From positions 32,001-96,000 of IMG/VR virus record IMGVR_UViG_3300042868_004707: a DNA stretch of 64,000 nucleotides; one strand, 5' to 3'. Positions 20,801 through 30,704 of the stretch are shown here, one piece after another. Numbering within the stretch: position 1 is the first letter of the stretch; each line of letters opens with the position of its first letter. The stretch is from a virus. Made by a program: the position numbers and the translations under genes. The notes under the pieces were generated by a model. It was not told where the DNA came from. It saw nothing but the letters and a program-made list of their open reading frames with translations, and ran no database searches.

Positions 20801-23211
20801 GATAATGGAGCTAGAGGTTCTTCTTCTTTACAACCTGGATCTCTTACTTCAGAATCTTTTGAAAAGTTTTTTCTTTTTCCTCTACCTAATGTAGGAAAAG
20901 TTCCAACTCTTACATATATTTTAAGATTATGACCAGAACCTATCCAAGGACTTTCTATAGGTCCTTCTACAGCATCATCAAAATATACAGTTATACCAGC
21001 TCTACCATTTTCAGCTCCAACAGTCCAAATATCATAATTTGCATATCTAGAATAAGCTACACATTTTTTATTATCTGGAACATATCCTGGAATTCCTGGT
21101 GTAATTTGATAAGAAGCATATCCATAAGCTACAGGACCAGAATTCCATCTTACTTGTTCCACTTTATTAAATACACCTTCTCCTAAGAATGTAGGTTTTA
21201 TAATTGAACAAATTTTTAAAGGATTGTTTTCAAGATGAAGTTCATATATTTTTCTTATTATTTCTTTGTTTGTATTACAATCAGTATATCTAACTGCTGT
21301 ATATGGACCTAATTCATCTTCATTATTAAAACTACGAACAATGATATCAAAAGATTCACATGACTCAAAATATGCATTATTATTAGCATTTAAAAATGCA
21401 TCTTCACTAAGATCATTATATGGATAGTTTGGATAGTAATATGTTTCTTCTTCTTTAACATAGCTTCCTACATTACGAAGAATACCTTTAGCAACAATAG
21501 ATCTATTTGTACTTCTATCACCACGAACAATTTTATATCCTACAATATCATCTTTCTCTTCATTTGTTAAATTAGACTCTCTGATTAATTGTATAACCTG
21601 TTCGTTGTTAATTTTTATACCAATAGGATAAATTGCACTAGATTGTTGCATTTCCACTTGATATCTATCTGAAACAATTACAGGAACAGAAGATTCAAAT
21701 GAAGGACTAATTAATATATCAGGAAACTTATGATGTCTAATTTGTTGATTAGCTAAGTCTCCCCAAACTTCTACATTACAAGGATAAGTTTCTGTAGATT
21801 CCCAATAAGCAAATTGACCAAATTGATATGGTCCTTTATAACTAGGCTCATCAGAGAATTGTGGAGATATTCCTATTACAGAAGCTGTATTATATATTTT
21901 CCAATAAGGAGCAGAAGTTCCTTCTCCTATAAAATCAGGATTGGTGTTTGGAACATCTGGTTGACTTACTATCTCATTGTTTGTTTGTTTTCTACCTGGA
22001 ATATGAAAACCATCTGTTTGTTTTCCATTTCTTAATAAGAATACAATCTCAAGTGCATACACTTCATCACGCAAGTACCCACGTAAGTTTGTTGCATTCA
22101 CTTCATCTGCATAACTTTCTGTAGAAGGTATTCTCCAACTTTCCCATTGAAGAGTTATTTGATTAGCTATTTTTTGATAATTCACTCTATCTATTGTAGA
22201 TAGTTTATCCCAAACTAAAACATCTTGCACTGCAGTTAAATCTCCTGCTACATCATAGTATGGAAACTTTTCAAATATATCATTTATAGAAAGTCTTATA
22301 TCAGTTTTACTTTGTCCTGTATAAGTTATTTGTTGTGTAAAATTATCTATGAAGTATGTTCCAACAAGTTCAACTGATGATATACCATTAATTGTTTTTA
22401 TTACAGCTAAGTTATAATATTGATACTTTCCTGTTGTATCTAAATTAGTTATATCAATAACTATTGACTTTCCTACAGGATAGTTAAAATTTACTGTAGT
22501 GAAGTCTGGATCTGCAATAGGTGTAGGATTTGTTATAGAATAGAAAGAAGTGTATGGACTACCTTGTGCATCTGTATATTGTATACCAAATTGATAAGTA
22601 CCTGCAATTAAATCTCCTCCTGAAATTACATCTATAATTTCTAATTGAGGAATATTAAAATTAGGTTGTATTTTTAATTTATTACAATCTAATTCATCTA
22701 ATGTAAGTACACTACAAGAATTAGGAATAATCTCTGTTACATAAGGCACATTATCAATGTCCATATATCTTCTAGGATTAAATCCATCTGTCCAATAAAT
22801 CTCTGTAGAGCAGTTTGTTATTCTATGAACAACTTTAGGTATAGGATGGTCAATGTTAAAGTTTAAACAATTAGCATTTACAATTGTTCTGTAAATACAA
22901 TCATTATTAATCATCTGTCCTATTTCACTTTCTCCTGTAGAAGAGTTAGCTAAAAAGAAAATAAACTTGTTTCTTTCTTGTATAAAATGACTTCCAATTA
23001 AGGAATATCCGTTAGGGAAACTAATACATAATTCATTCCCTGGCTCATTCTGGTAGTTTACAGAATTAGCATCAAAGTTTTCAACAGCAGCATTCAATGC
23101 ATATGTAAGTGTGCCTGGTTTAATCTGATTAACAGATTGATCCATGTTCAGTCCTACAGTGGCATTATTATACTCCTGCTTAATGTTTCCTTGTTGTTGT
23201 TCTTCAGCCAT
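17887..23211 (-). CDS. Tail stabilisation/muzzle-type protein with Cys/Thr-rich C-terminal extension, 1774 aa
   Basis: GLNMD...YALNA N-terminus, IYWTDGFNPRRY, WVSFHSYVP motifs like crAss-like stabilisation proteins; four Thr-rich linkers at the C-terminus. Confidence 0.7.
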   Translation of the reverse strand: MAEEQQQGNIKQEYNNATVGLNMDQSVNQIKPGTLTYALNAAVENFDANSVNYQNEPGNELCISFPNGYSLIGSHFIQERNKFIFFLANSSTGESEIGQMINNDCIYRTIVNANCLNFNIDHPIPKVVHRITNCSTEIYWTDGFNPRRYMDIDNVPYVTEIIPNSCSVLTLDELDCNKLKIQPNFNIPQLEIIDVISGGDLIAGTYQFGIQYTDAQGSPYTSFYSITNPTPIADPDFTTVNFNYPVGKSIVIDITNLDTTGKYQYYNLAVIKTINGISSVELVGTYFIDNFTQQITYTGQSKTDIRLSINDIFEKFPYYDVAGDLTAVQDVLVWDKLSTIDRVNYQKIANQITLQWESWRIPSTESYADEVNATNLRGYLRDEVYALEIVFLLRNGKQTDGFHIPGRKQTNNEIVSQPDVPNTNPDFIGEGTSAPYWKIYNTASVIGISPQFSDEPSYKGPYQFGQFAYWESTETYPCNVEVWGDLANQQIRHHKFPDILISPSFESSVPVIVSDRYQVEMQQSSAIYPIGIKINNEQVIQLIRESNLTNEEKDDIVGYKIVRGDRSTNRSIVAKGILRNVGSYVKEEETYYYPNYPYNDLSEDAFLNANNNAYFESCESFDIIVRSFNNEDELGPYTAVRYTDCNTNKEIIRKIYELHLENNPLKICSIIKPTFLGEGVFNKVEQVRWNSGPVAYGYASYQITPGIPGYVPDNKKCVAYSRYANYDIWTVGAENGRAGITVYFDDAVEGPIESPWIGSGHNLKIYVRVGTFPTLGRGKRKNFSKDSEVRDPGCKEEEPLAPLSESLTNRQIFNSPETSFGQPFLGDVLKLENVMYGGGRAHFVEVRDNAKYRLLSKEAQQVALQSSSNIAGGDIVALFAAYQAYLEIYINGITRKNYAYSFNSIASYSYHSPVYNNLGIKQRNLDIKRYLIPGLQNVGDDNNINNYNRETSVYLKTDDSLPFPSKTDSLVYLGNSLIEDNSRFTIGGTNACATPQREQDINVVSYYGSIKNIVPGQWGQIYSYEKVDTGFQVIFSQFTPTESTIFGGDTFIGKFAFKTKLPFFLQNRVNAPDDSDVFYDAIGNIAYPKYWHSARSVLRNATAANQQLVNFISYKAHNFDCPNDTTQYTSINSPSELTYYDGYFYMFAYGVPNFYCESSYNLDLRQAFNNREGDFWPHVSTSIPDAWVQQSFVPIEQDNTYYYNVTFSKQNKENSFTNLPIDWNAICSTYYPFRTIYSEKQFTDADNKVNNWLIYRALSFYDFPQNYGNLISLDGIQNRAILARFENKSLMYNNLLTIDTSNPQAAYVGNPNMFSAPPIDFAETDLGYVGTQNKFLLKIPQGQITIDAKRGQIFLIQGTEAVDMTAFGSGVNRFMTDNLPFKILKYFPNVDTDNNFNGIGLHGVFDAKFDRVIITKLDYVPLDEDIKYDEVNKEFYVENIINDVVFRDVVYLDDAEFFCNRSFTISFNFNTKSWVSFHSYVPNFYIAENNFFYTGLNGCCDSVNGEATFTALVGEINRTKPTTTSTTSAAPIPLPTTTTTSTLALDCELEGTIIETYCNLEGDAIITVPPTTTTTICQRGNLSSDNLFITGYSESCDTNILDTTGSFEDACLGIEYLNTNEDWSYINIETISVAYNELEIGQIVYLDAYSTDCTLVPDGFYFTEESAFDTTVYQVESGVIVGIYNCGTTTTTTTFVPDTYCYNVTIYGSVVLIWTDGSNVTHYDEYSDTFVTLCAQYESISFETDSDGYIFIQACGDPCTEVIDCPTTTTTTTI

Positions 23212-23216
23212 TGTTA

Positions 23217-24191
23217 TTAATTGTTACGTCTTCTACCATATCTATTAGTACGGTTAGGAAGCTCATACATATTAAATCTATTAAGATCGTTTTTAATTCT
23301 TCTTTGTTTCTCCCAAGGAGTTTGTTTCTTCATTTCAATCTCAGCCATGATGTACGCTTCTTCATAAGCTTGTTTGTGATACATCATTTTTTGTTGCAAC
23401 TGATTAAAAGTTTCATCATTAGTTTGATTCGTAAGAGTTTCAAACATTTTAAATTTAATGAATGCTTCTACATATTCTCTAATACGATAATTGTCTGGAA
23501 TCATTTGATTACCTATTTCATCATATTCTGTAGCATAGAATAATAAATGTACAACACCATTTCTAAAATTAGTTACAAACTTATTATCTCTAATATCAAA
23601 ACTATCGTAACTAGCAGCACCAGGAGTGAATTCATGAATAGGAGGAGCTTCAGCATAGAAGTCCCAATTGTTTGTATATTCCACTCCACAGTTTTGTTTT
23701 GCAGATATATTACCAGGTTTAAGTAAATACTGATGAGTAAATCCTCTAGCAACAGTGTTGTTTGTTTTGTATACAGCTTGTACTAATTCTGGCATACATG
23801 TACCATTACATGCAGGATCTTGACAACCTGGTCTATTACAAGGAGTTCCTCCAATAGTTAATGGAGCCACTTGAATAGTGGTTGCACTAGCAGCTTGTGA
23901 ATAAAATGAATTAGCTGATTGATATGGATATCCAGAAACTTCTGTACACATCCAAGCTTCTCTTACAGCATAAAAGTTATCAGGAAGTCTAGCTTGAAAA
24001 TCTTCTACAAACAAGATTTCTTCACTTATTACAAATGTAGTTCTTCCTAACTTCTTTAGAGCTTTGTCTAAGTAAGTAGGAAATAAAAGATCATCTATTG
24101 CACCAGTATCGAAATAACTTTTAAGTTCTTCTTTAACAGTGGCATAAACAGGTTCTGGTGATACGAAATTATATTTATAGTAGTATGACAT
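23217..24191 (-). CDS. Putative tail ring/tubular protein, 324 aa
   Basis: Position before the stabilisation gene; YATEYDEIGNQMIPDN motif. Confidence 0.5.
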   Translation of the reverse strand: MSYYYKYNFVSPEPVYATVKEELKSYFDTGAIDDLLFPTYLDKALKKLGRTTFVISEEILFVEDFQARLPDNFYAVREAWMCTEVSGYPYQSANSFYSQAASATTIQVAPLTIGGTPCNRPGCQDPACNGTCMPELVQAVYKTNNTVARGFTHQYLLKPGNISAKQNCGVEYTNNWDFYAEAPPIHEFTPGAASYDSFDIRDNKFVTNFRNGVVHLLFYATEYDEIGNQMIPDNYRIREYVEAFIKFKMFETLTNQTNDETFNQLQQKMMYHKQAYEEAYIMAEIEMKKQTPWEKQRRIKNDLNRFNMYELPNRTNRYGRRRNN

Positions 24192-24197
24192 AGTTTA

Positions 24198-24677
24198 TTA
24201 TTTTTTCCATTCACGATAAATGTGTTGATACTTGTCGTTGGTTTTTAAGTAATGTGACAATAGTCTTGATGTAAGTCTAGAAGGTTTGAAATACCATAGA
24301 TCAGAATGTTTAAATCGTGCTGTTGACTTAAACCACATCCAACCAAAGAAATATCCTTCTGTGTGATAATTGAAGTTGTATATAACCTTACCTTTCTCTT
24401 TAGTTTTTTGCCAGTCAATAGGTAAGTTTACAAACTCTTTACCATCTATATTATTTTTTAGTTTTCTTCTTTTCTTTTTATTGATTGAGAACTCTCCAAA
24501 CCCATAAGGTAGTTTTGCTTTATCACCTGTTTCTAAAATGTATTCTTTAAATAACTCATTGAATGTATAGAGAATATTTCTCCACTCATCATATGTAAGT
24601 TTTATAGAAGGGTGTTTTTTGCAAAACTGATTATAGTTTTCTTTACTAGAGCTTCTCCAATCAATCTTCGTTCTCAT
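24198..24677 (-). CDS. IHF/HU-like DNA-binding protein
   Basis: KLPYGFGEFSINKKK, IDWQKTKE, NYHTEGY; typical position in crAss-like tail block. Confidence 0.65.
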   Translation of the reverse strand: MRTKIDWRSSSKENYNQFCKKHPSIKLTYDEWRNILYTFNELFKEYILETGDKAKLPYGFGEFSINKKKRRKLKNNIDGKEFVNLPIDWQKTKEKGKVIYNFNYHTEGYFFGWMWFKSTARFKHSDLWYFKPSRLTSRLLSHYLKTNDKYQHIYREWKK

Positions 24678-25405
24678 TAACTATTTGGTTTTGAGTTAGG
24701 TGCTTGTCCATCTATTCCTTCTGCACTCATGTCTGTTTTAAGATTGAAGTATGTAGATAAAAGTTTTTGAGATGTAAGTTCTAATGTTTGCTGTTCCAAG
24801 TATCCAGGAAGAGGAAACTCTTTATCTAATGGATTCTTACATATCTCATCTAATGTATACTCTGGAGATCCACATCCACATTCTGGATACATGATTTCAT
24901 TATTTACATCTTCTTCAAATAAAGCTACAAATCGAATTGATTTAAGTAAAGGATTGTTTACATATAGATATCCATTAGATATCCAGAAGTATTCTTCTTT
25001 CTTGATTATAGGAAGCTTTAATAGATTGATGTATCTGTTTACAGTGATCTCTTTTAATTTCTTTCCTGTACCACCCATAGCATTAATAGAATAAACTCCT
25101 TGTATTACATATTGGTAATTACCTTCTGATATACGTGGGAGTTTAAGTTTTGTTCTTGCAATAGTACATTCATCTACATAGTTACAACATTCAGAGATGG
25201 GTACTTCTATCATCTCTAAACATGGAATAGTAGTGAACAATGTGTCAGTTGCCCAAAGTTTTCTAAGATTGGTTTCTCTTTTAATAAGTAATAAAGCATT
25301 GTTTCTAATCTCAGAAGCAATTGCACGGTCAGTTATAAGAGAGTCAGTCGATAATATTTTATGAACTGAACGAACGTCACTAACAAGTTTTCTTAATGTT
25401 GCCAT
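24677..25405 (-). CDS. Putative tail ring protein, 242 aa
   Basis: Coupled ORF in tail block; NGYLYV...ALFEE. Confidence 0.5.
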   Translation of the reverse strand: MATLRKLVSDVRSVHKILSTDSLITDRAIASEIRNNALLLIKRETNLRKLWATDTLFTTIPCLEMIEVPISECCNYVDECTIARTKLKLPRISEGNYQYVIQGVYSINAMGGTGKKLKEITVNRYINLLKLPIIKKEEYFWISNGYLYVNNPLLKSIRFVALFEEDVNNEIMYPECGCGSPEYTLDEICKNPLDKEFPLPGYLEQQTLELTSQKLLSTYFNLKTDMSAEGIDGQAPNSKPNS

Positions 25406-25899
25406 TTTTCTAAATAAATTATTGCGTTATTTAATAATTTTTTATCATCTTTAAAGTTTCCAAGAGCTAAATTACAATTATGACATAATATTCCTCTTAT
25501 TTTATTAGAAACATGACAATGGTCAATATATAAATCTCTTTTATATTTTATAAAATGTTCTTTTCTTGATAAAGAACATATACTACATTTATTATCATCT
25601 CTTAATAATAAAGAATCAAATTCTTCTGGAGTTAATTTATATGGTCTTAATCTACTTTTAGTTCTTCTTTCTGGATTATTTTTCCAATCTTCTTTAGATT
25701 TTACACTTAACTTTTCTTTATTTTTTACATAATGTTTTCTTGATAACTCTTTAGCTTTATCTTGATTGTTATCATAATACAACTTAGCTGTTTTAGAAGT
25801 GCATTGTTTACATATAGATTTTAAACCATCTCCATTATGAGAATTTTTATAAAAATCATCAGTACTTTTATTTATTTTACATCGATTGCAAACTTTCAT
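25393..25899 (-). CDS. Endonuclease VII-family homing-type endonuclease (start likely MKVCNRC)
   Basis: CSIC...LYIDHCH...IRGILCHNCNLALG plus N-terminal CxxC pairs. Confidence 0.85.
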   Translation of the reverse strand: MKVCNRCKINKSTDDFYKNSHNGDGLKSICKQCTSKTAKLYYDNNQDKAKELSRKHYVKNKEKLSVKSKEDWKNNPERRTKSRLRPYKLTPEEFDSLLLRDDNKCSICSLSRKEHFIKYKRDLYIDHCHVSNKIRGILCHNCNLALGNFKDDKKLLNNAIIYLEKWQH

Positions 25900-25903
25900 A
25901 ACT

Positions 25904-27118
25904 TTAAATTCTTTCTTCAAATTCGGCAACTTTACCTTTAATAGAATCATACACTAAAACTAATGCACAACGGATACTGTGTACGAAATTATTATCTAAG
26001 TGCCATCTATCTGTTCCAGATAAGCTAGGCATTTGTTGTATTCTTACTCCCTTCACTTCTTTAGCCATATAGTGATGTTTATCACCTGTATGAACTTCTC
26101 TGTAAACAGCATCACCAAATTGATGACTATATTTAGAATGTGTTGCAAATAATAATGGAAGATCTTCTATCTTACAATTACCATGATGCCATCCAATAAA
26201 TGTATTTCCTAATGTGATTCCTTTTATAACAGAATGTTCTCTTATAAACTCTACATCTAATTCATCTCTAAAGAACACATCTAATGCATGTGCTAGATAA
26301 TAAGATTTAGTTCTATCATGGTTTCCTTGTACAAGAACAACAGTTACATTGTTACAATGTTGTCTCAACATATTAATTGTATCTACAAGAATAGCAAAGC
26401 CTAATTCATACTCTTCTGCATAATCCATTATAGTGTCTTGTGGAGTACCGTTTGTAGTTTGGTGTTGATAATTATCAGTGTGAAAATAATCGTTGGATAT
26501 AGGAAGAATGATATTGTTTACATTGTAATTACTAGTCACTTTCTCAATCAAAGACTGAGCCACACTAACATATCTTAAAACTCTTGTAGTTATGTCATTA
26601 TCACCATCCACTGTTCTTTTAGCTAAATGATAATCAGATATAGAGATTTCTACATCTACAAAGTCTTTATCTACAAAACGATCTACTTTGGTGATTGATA
26701 CATTATTTGGTTTGTAGTTTTCTAAAAATCTTGCAAAGTCTTCAGGAGAGTAATCTTTTGCTTCTTTTCTTTTTGAAAAGATTGAGGAAGTGAATTTACC
26801 ATTAGGTAATAATTTAGACCAGTAGTTTGTTATAACATACTTATCTAAGTTTATCTTATGTAACTTAGCTAGTTCAATGTCATCTTTAGGTTCAAAGTCT
26901 GTAACTATTGTACTTTCTATTGTACCTTTTTCAACATTCACTTTGCGTTCTCCTGCAATAGTTTTTATTACATCTTCATTATCTTTTTCTCTAAGTTCTT
27001 TCATGAGCTCATTGACCTCAAATTCACTTATCCCTAGTTTCTCAGCATAGAACTTTTTACTTTTCTTCTGACTTAATAACTCTTCTAATCGGTTCAATAA
27101 ACTTTGATTTTCAGACAT
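25904..27118 (-). CDS. Calcineurin-like metallophosphoesterase with N-terminal HTH
   Basis: SDYH, NDYFHTD, GNHD, HHG, GDKHH metal-binding motifs. Confidence 0.8.
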   Translation of the reverse strand: MSENQSLLNRLEELLSQKKSKKFYAEKLGISEFEVNELMKELREKDNEDVIKTIAGERKVNVEKGTIESTIVTDFEPKDDIELAKLHKINLDKYVITNYWSKLLPNGKFTSSIFSKRKEAKDYSPEDFARFLENYKPNNVSITKVDRFVDKDFVDVEISISDYHLAKRTVDGDNDITTRVLRYVSVAQSLIEKVTSNYNVNNIILPISNDYFHTDNYQHQTTNGTPQDTIMDYAEEYELGFAILVDTINMLRQHCNNVTVVLVQGNHDRTKSYYLAHALDVFFRDELDVEFIREHSVIKGITLGNTFIGWHHGNCKIEDLPLLFATHSKYSHQFGDAVYREVHTGDKHHYMAKEVKGVRIQQMPSLSGTDRWHLDNNFVHSIRCALVLVYDSIKGKVAEFEERI

Positions 27119-27146
27119 ATTTGCTCATGTTAGTTAAAAAAATATT

Positions 27147-27179
27147 GTAAAGATAATTAATAGTTTTTATATATTCCAA
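27147..27179 (-). promoter_or_regulatory. Bacteroidota-type promoter variant
   Basis: TTG-N21-TATCTTTAC upstream of the phosphoesterase. Confidence 0.55.
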
Positions 27180-27293
27180 ATAATTTTAGTTAGAGACTTA
27201 ATTCTTTATAATTAAAATAGTTAGAAACAAAAACTCCCCAAGAAAAACCTTGAGGAGAAATCTTGTAAAACCAACAAAACAAGATTTTTTATT

Positions 27294-27575
27294 TTAAATA
27301 GGTATAGTAGTAGTACTAGTTGTTGTAGGACTAACTGTTGTTGTAGTGGTAGTTGTAGATTCTAATAAAATATCTACATAGTTTGTGCACACCCCATTAG
27401 ATTTAATTCTAACAGTAGTAGTATAATCAGGAACTAATGCAGAAGAATATCCTGCAAGCAATGCTGATTTAGAAACTCCTGATTCAAAAGCTGACACATA
27501 TCCATCTAGATTTGAATATAAATCAAATGGACCTGAATCACTTCCTGCGGTTGTTAATGTTATTAATATTGTCAT
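27294..27575 (-). CDS. Small beta-rich virion domain protein with poly-Thr tail, 93 aa
   Basis: Paralogue of the N-terminus of 17021-17887; ends TTTTTTTVSPTTTSTTTIPI. Confidence 0.7.
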   Translation of the reverse strand: MTILITLTTAGSDSGPFDLYSNLDGYVSAFESGVSKSALLAGYSSALVPDYTTTVRIKSNGVCTNYVDILLESTTTTTTTVSPTTTSTTTIPI

Positions 27576-27594
27576 ATTATATTATTTTAAATTA

Positions 27595-28767
27595 TTAAAT
27601 ACAATAGCTTATTGGATATTCAATACGTCCATCTGTTCTAATTTCTACATATCCTGAAGCATCTCCAAGTATTTGTATATGCCAAAATCTATTATTTCCA
27701 TTAAAAGGACTAGAACCATCAGGATTTATGTACGCATATTTATTAAGACCAACATTTTTGATATATAATGTGGTAGTTAATTCATAAGTACAAGTATCTG
27801 GTGAATTAGTTGCTTTACTTTCAGTAGATATTAACATAGGTGCAATACAACATTCATTAAGTTTTATAGGATCTGGTAAAGGAGTAATCTCTGAATCTAT
27901 TTCTATATATTGTGAAATATATGGATTAGTTCTACTTACACAAATAGTTTCAGTTCCAACTTTATTAAATGAGAATGTGTAATACTCATTAGAAAAACAA
28001 GCTTCATCTACATACACGTAAACTGTATTATTATCACTATCGTCTAATTGTTCTTGAGTTACAGTAACTTCATAAACATAACAATCGCAATATATAGTGG
28101 TTGTGGTGGTCGTAGTTGGTACTACAGTAGTGCTTGTAGTAGTTGTTGTGATACATTCTCCAATTACGTATATATCACCTTCTCCACATGAAAATGTAGG
28201 AGTTGGAGCTGTTGATAGTACACAAAATGTAGGAAGATCTCCTGTACCAACCTCTGCTGTTTGAACATCTCCATAACAATCTGTATATTCAAATATTGCA
28301 TATAGTTTTCCTGGACAGTTTATACTTACATTAACTTCATAATTTAAACAAGATGACACAACAGTTGTTGTGGTTGTAGTTGTACTAGAAGAAGAAGAAG
28401 TAGTAGTGGTTGATGTTGAACTACTGCTACTAGTTGTAGTTGTAGTTACAGGTAATGTAGTGGTGGTTGTAGTTGTTGGAGGTAATGTTGTTGTAGTTGT
28501 AGTAGTTGGACAACATACATTTAATTGACTATATATGTTAGTTATATCTTCTGTAATAACCATTACATCTTCTGTAAGATTTATCACATTTTCCGTAATA
28601 GAATCAACATCAGCTTTAACTTCACATATAACAGCATCAAATTTAGCAAGAATAGTATTTAATCCATCACACGTACTTACATCTGTACAAGGAAGTGGAG
28701 TGCTATCATATTTGACAGCACTCGTTCCTATTATACTTGTGTTATTTATTTGAGAGCAATTAGCCAT
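27595..28767 (-). CDS. Cys-rich, Thr/Ser-linker modular fibre/decoration protein, 390 aa
   Basis: Shared N-terminal anchor motif, coiled coil, mucin-like T/S linkers, Cys-rich modules. Confidence 0.65.
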   Translation of the reverse strand: MANCSQINNTSIIGTSAVKYDSTPLPCTDVSTCDGLNTILAKFDAVICEVKADVDSITENVINLTEDVMVITEDITNIYSQLNVCCPTTTTTTTLPPTTTTTTTLPVTTTTTSSSSSTSTTTTSSSSSTTTTTTTVVSSCLNYEVNVSINCPGKLYAIFEYTDCYGDVQTAEVGTGDLPTFCVLSTAPTPTFSCGEGDIYVIGECITTTTTSTTVVPTTTTTTTIYCDCYVYEVTVTQEQLDDSDNNTVYVYVDEACFSNEYYTFSFNKVGTETICVSRTNPYISQYIEIDSEITPLPDPIKLNECCIAPMLISTESKATNSPDTCTYELTTTLYIKNVGLNKYAYINPDGSSPFNGNNRFWHIQILGDASGYVEIRTDGRIEYPISYCI

Positions 28768-28774
28768 TTTATTT

Positions 28775-29158
28775 TTAAATTAAAGTGGTAGTTGTAGTGG
28801 TTGTTGCAGAACAACATTCATCTAATCTATTGTATATATCAACTATATCACCATTGATGTCAATCACTTGATTAGTGATGTTTGTAACTTGGTTAGTTAG
28901 ATAATTTATCTGCGTTATCAAATTACAAATAATCTCATCTATCTTTTGTAACACTACATTAAGTGTATCACATGGTTCAGCCACTATACATGGTAATTCA
29001 GGACCATCATAGACAATAGTACTAGATATAGTTAAATGAGTGCTACATGGATTGTTGTTGTTACAACTACTATTGGTAATTGTAGAACTACACCCACAAG
29101 GACTATTTAAGACTACGTCTGTACAACAAGGATTGACTGGTAAAAAAGGATATGCCAT
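28775..29158 (-). CDS. Cys-rich coiled-coil fibre-like protein with poly-Thr tail, 127 aa
   Basis: YDGPELPC...CDTLNVVLQKIDEIIC; ends CCSATTTTTTTLI. Confidence 0.65.
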   Translation of the reverse strand: MAYPFLPVNPCCTDVVLNSPCGCSSTITNSSCNNNNPCSTHLTISSTIVYDGPELPCIVAEPCDTLNVVLQKIDEIICNLITQINYLTNQVTNITNQVIDINGDIVDIYNRLDECCSATTTTTTTLI

Positions 29159-29170
29159 TTTGATAAGTTG

Positions 29171-30310
29171 TTAAGGTATATAAATAATATAACGACAACC
29201 AATTGATGGTTGAATATTTGAGTGAGCTAAACCTCCACCAAATGGTGCAGCACTAGAACTTACACTTACAGTTACACCTGTTTCTTCATTAGATGTTTCA
29301 TAAATTTGACCATTTCCTGTACCAGTTCCACTGATTATTGCACTAGAAGGAGTTGTTACAAAAGGAATAATATCATTTGTAGATCTTAAAGTATTTGTAG
29401 GATTAGTAGAATCATCAGAAAACTTATGTCTATGTCCATCATCTGTAACTGTTACAGCATTTGTAATAGCATGTGTATGTGAAGGAATTTGATTATCGTT
29501 TAATACAATTTGATTTGCTCCTGTGACAGTTCCTATAGAATAATTAGGATTACCTGCAATAGTAGGATCAACTGCTGCTGCCATTGTTCCTCCTAACATT
29601 GTACCATCTGTAACACCAACTAATGTTCTACCTCTTAAATCAGGAGTACCATTATTACCATTACATAAATAAATATTAATCCAATCTCCTGTACCAGCTC
29701 CAGATCCATTAAAATATGTTATTGGACCATAATAAGGAACAGCAGCATAAGGAACCATTCTGTTTTTGATTAATGAACCTTCACCAGAACCATCTAGATA
29801 AGCTTGAATCAAAGCATCTAATTCATCTATTTGCACATATGTGTTAGGTAAGTTAAGTAGAAGTCCATTAAAATCTGTTTTTAATGTACACAATGTATTA
29901 ATTGTAACTTGTAATATAGAATGTGTACCAGAAGATGATGTAACTCCTGCTAAACAATTTGTTGTGTAAGGAGCTTCTATAACATTAATAGCTTCATCTA
30001 ATAAATCTAATTCTTCCTGTAATTTACATGTAGCTTTAATTAAAGCAATAGAAAGATCTAATACATTAATGTCTCTACACGTTGGAAGATATTGTTTCAC
30101 TACATCACAAATAATTGATGAGTTAATATCTAATATAATTCCTGTACCATCTAATGTAGATGTAAGAAACGTAATTAATGCTTGTTCTACAAAAGATAGA
30201 GAATCACCAGTTTGAATTCCTAAGACAGGAACATCAATTCCTGTATATCTAACACATCTGTCAGAGACAATCTCTGTACATCCGTTATAACAATTTGAGC
30301 AATTGGACAT
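29171..30310 (-). CDS. Tail fibre protein with tail-collar domain, 379 aa
   Basis: LCNGNNGTPDLRGR collar motif; IPSHTH, GHRH and AHSNIQP motifs. Confidence 0.8.
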   Translation of the reverse strand: MSNCSNCYNGCTEIVSDRCVRYTGIDVPVLGIQTGDSLSFVEQALITFLTSTLDGTGIILDINSSIICDVVKQYLPTCRDINVLDLSIALIKATCKLQEELDLLDEAINVIEAPYTTNCLAGVTSSSGTHSILQVTINTLCTLKTDFNGLLLNLPNTYVQIDELDALIQAYLDGSGEGSLIKNRMVPYAAVPYYGPITYFNGSGAGTGDWINIYLCNGNNGTPDLRGRTLVGVTDGTMLGGTMAAAVDPTIAGNPNYSIGTVTGANQIVLNDNQIPSHTHAITNAVTVTDDGHRHKFSDDSTNPTNTLRSTNDIIPFVTTPSSAIISGTGTGNGQIYETSNEETGVTVSVSSSAAPFGGGLAHSNIQPSIGCRYIIYIP

Positions 30311-30330
30311 ATTATTTTATTTTAAAAAGT

Positions 30331-30693
30331 TTAAACTGTTGTTGTGGTGGTAGTAGTTGGATTTTGTACAATTGTAATATCACAAGGTTCTTCTAAACAA
30401 CGTTCTGGTTCATTACATTTATTAACACATCCTGATGTAAGACGAATCACTCTACTAGCAATCATTTGTACAGAGTAGGTATGTACATAATTAGGATTGT
30501 AATATTTGTACATAAGAATTCTTCTATATCCAATTAGTTGAAGTATGTCATTAGAAGGCACAGATTTATTCAACATATATGAAATATTGTTGTATAAGTT
30601 GTTGCCAAGTTCTGCCAACTTGCAATCTATTTTCTTAATTAAAGAAGGAATGTTTGCACATTCTGGACAATTAGTTAGTCTTGGTGATAACAT
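30331..30693 (-). CDS. Putative structural protein with poly-Thr tail, 120 aa
   Basis: Cys-containing ORF in virion block; ends PTTTTTTTV. Confidence 0.6.
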   Translation of the reverse strand: MLSPRLTNCPECANIPSLIKKIDCKLAELGNNLYNNISYMLNKSVPSNDILQLIGYRRILMYKYYNPNYVHTYSVQMIASRVIRLTSGCVNKCNEPERCLEEPCDITIVQNPTTTTTTTV

Positions 30694-30704
30694 AATCAGG
30701 TTTT

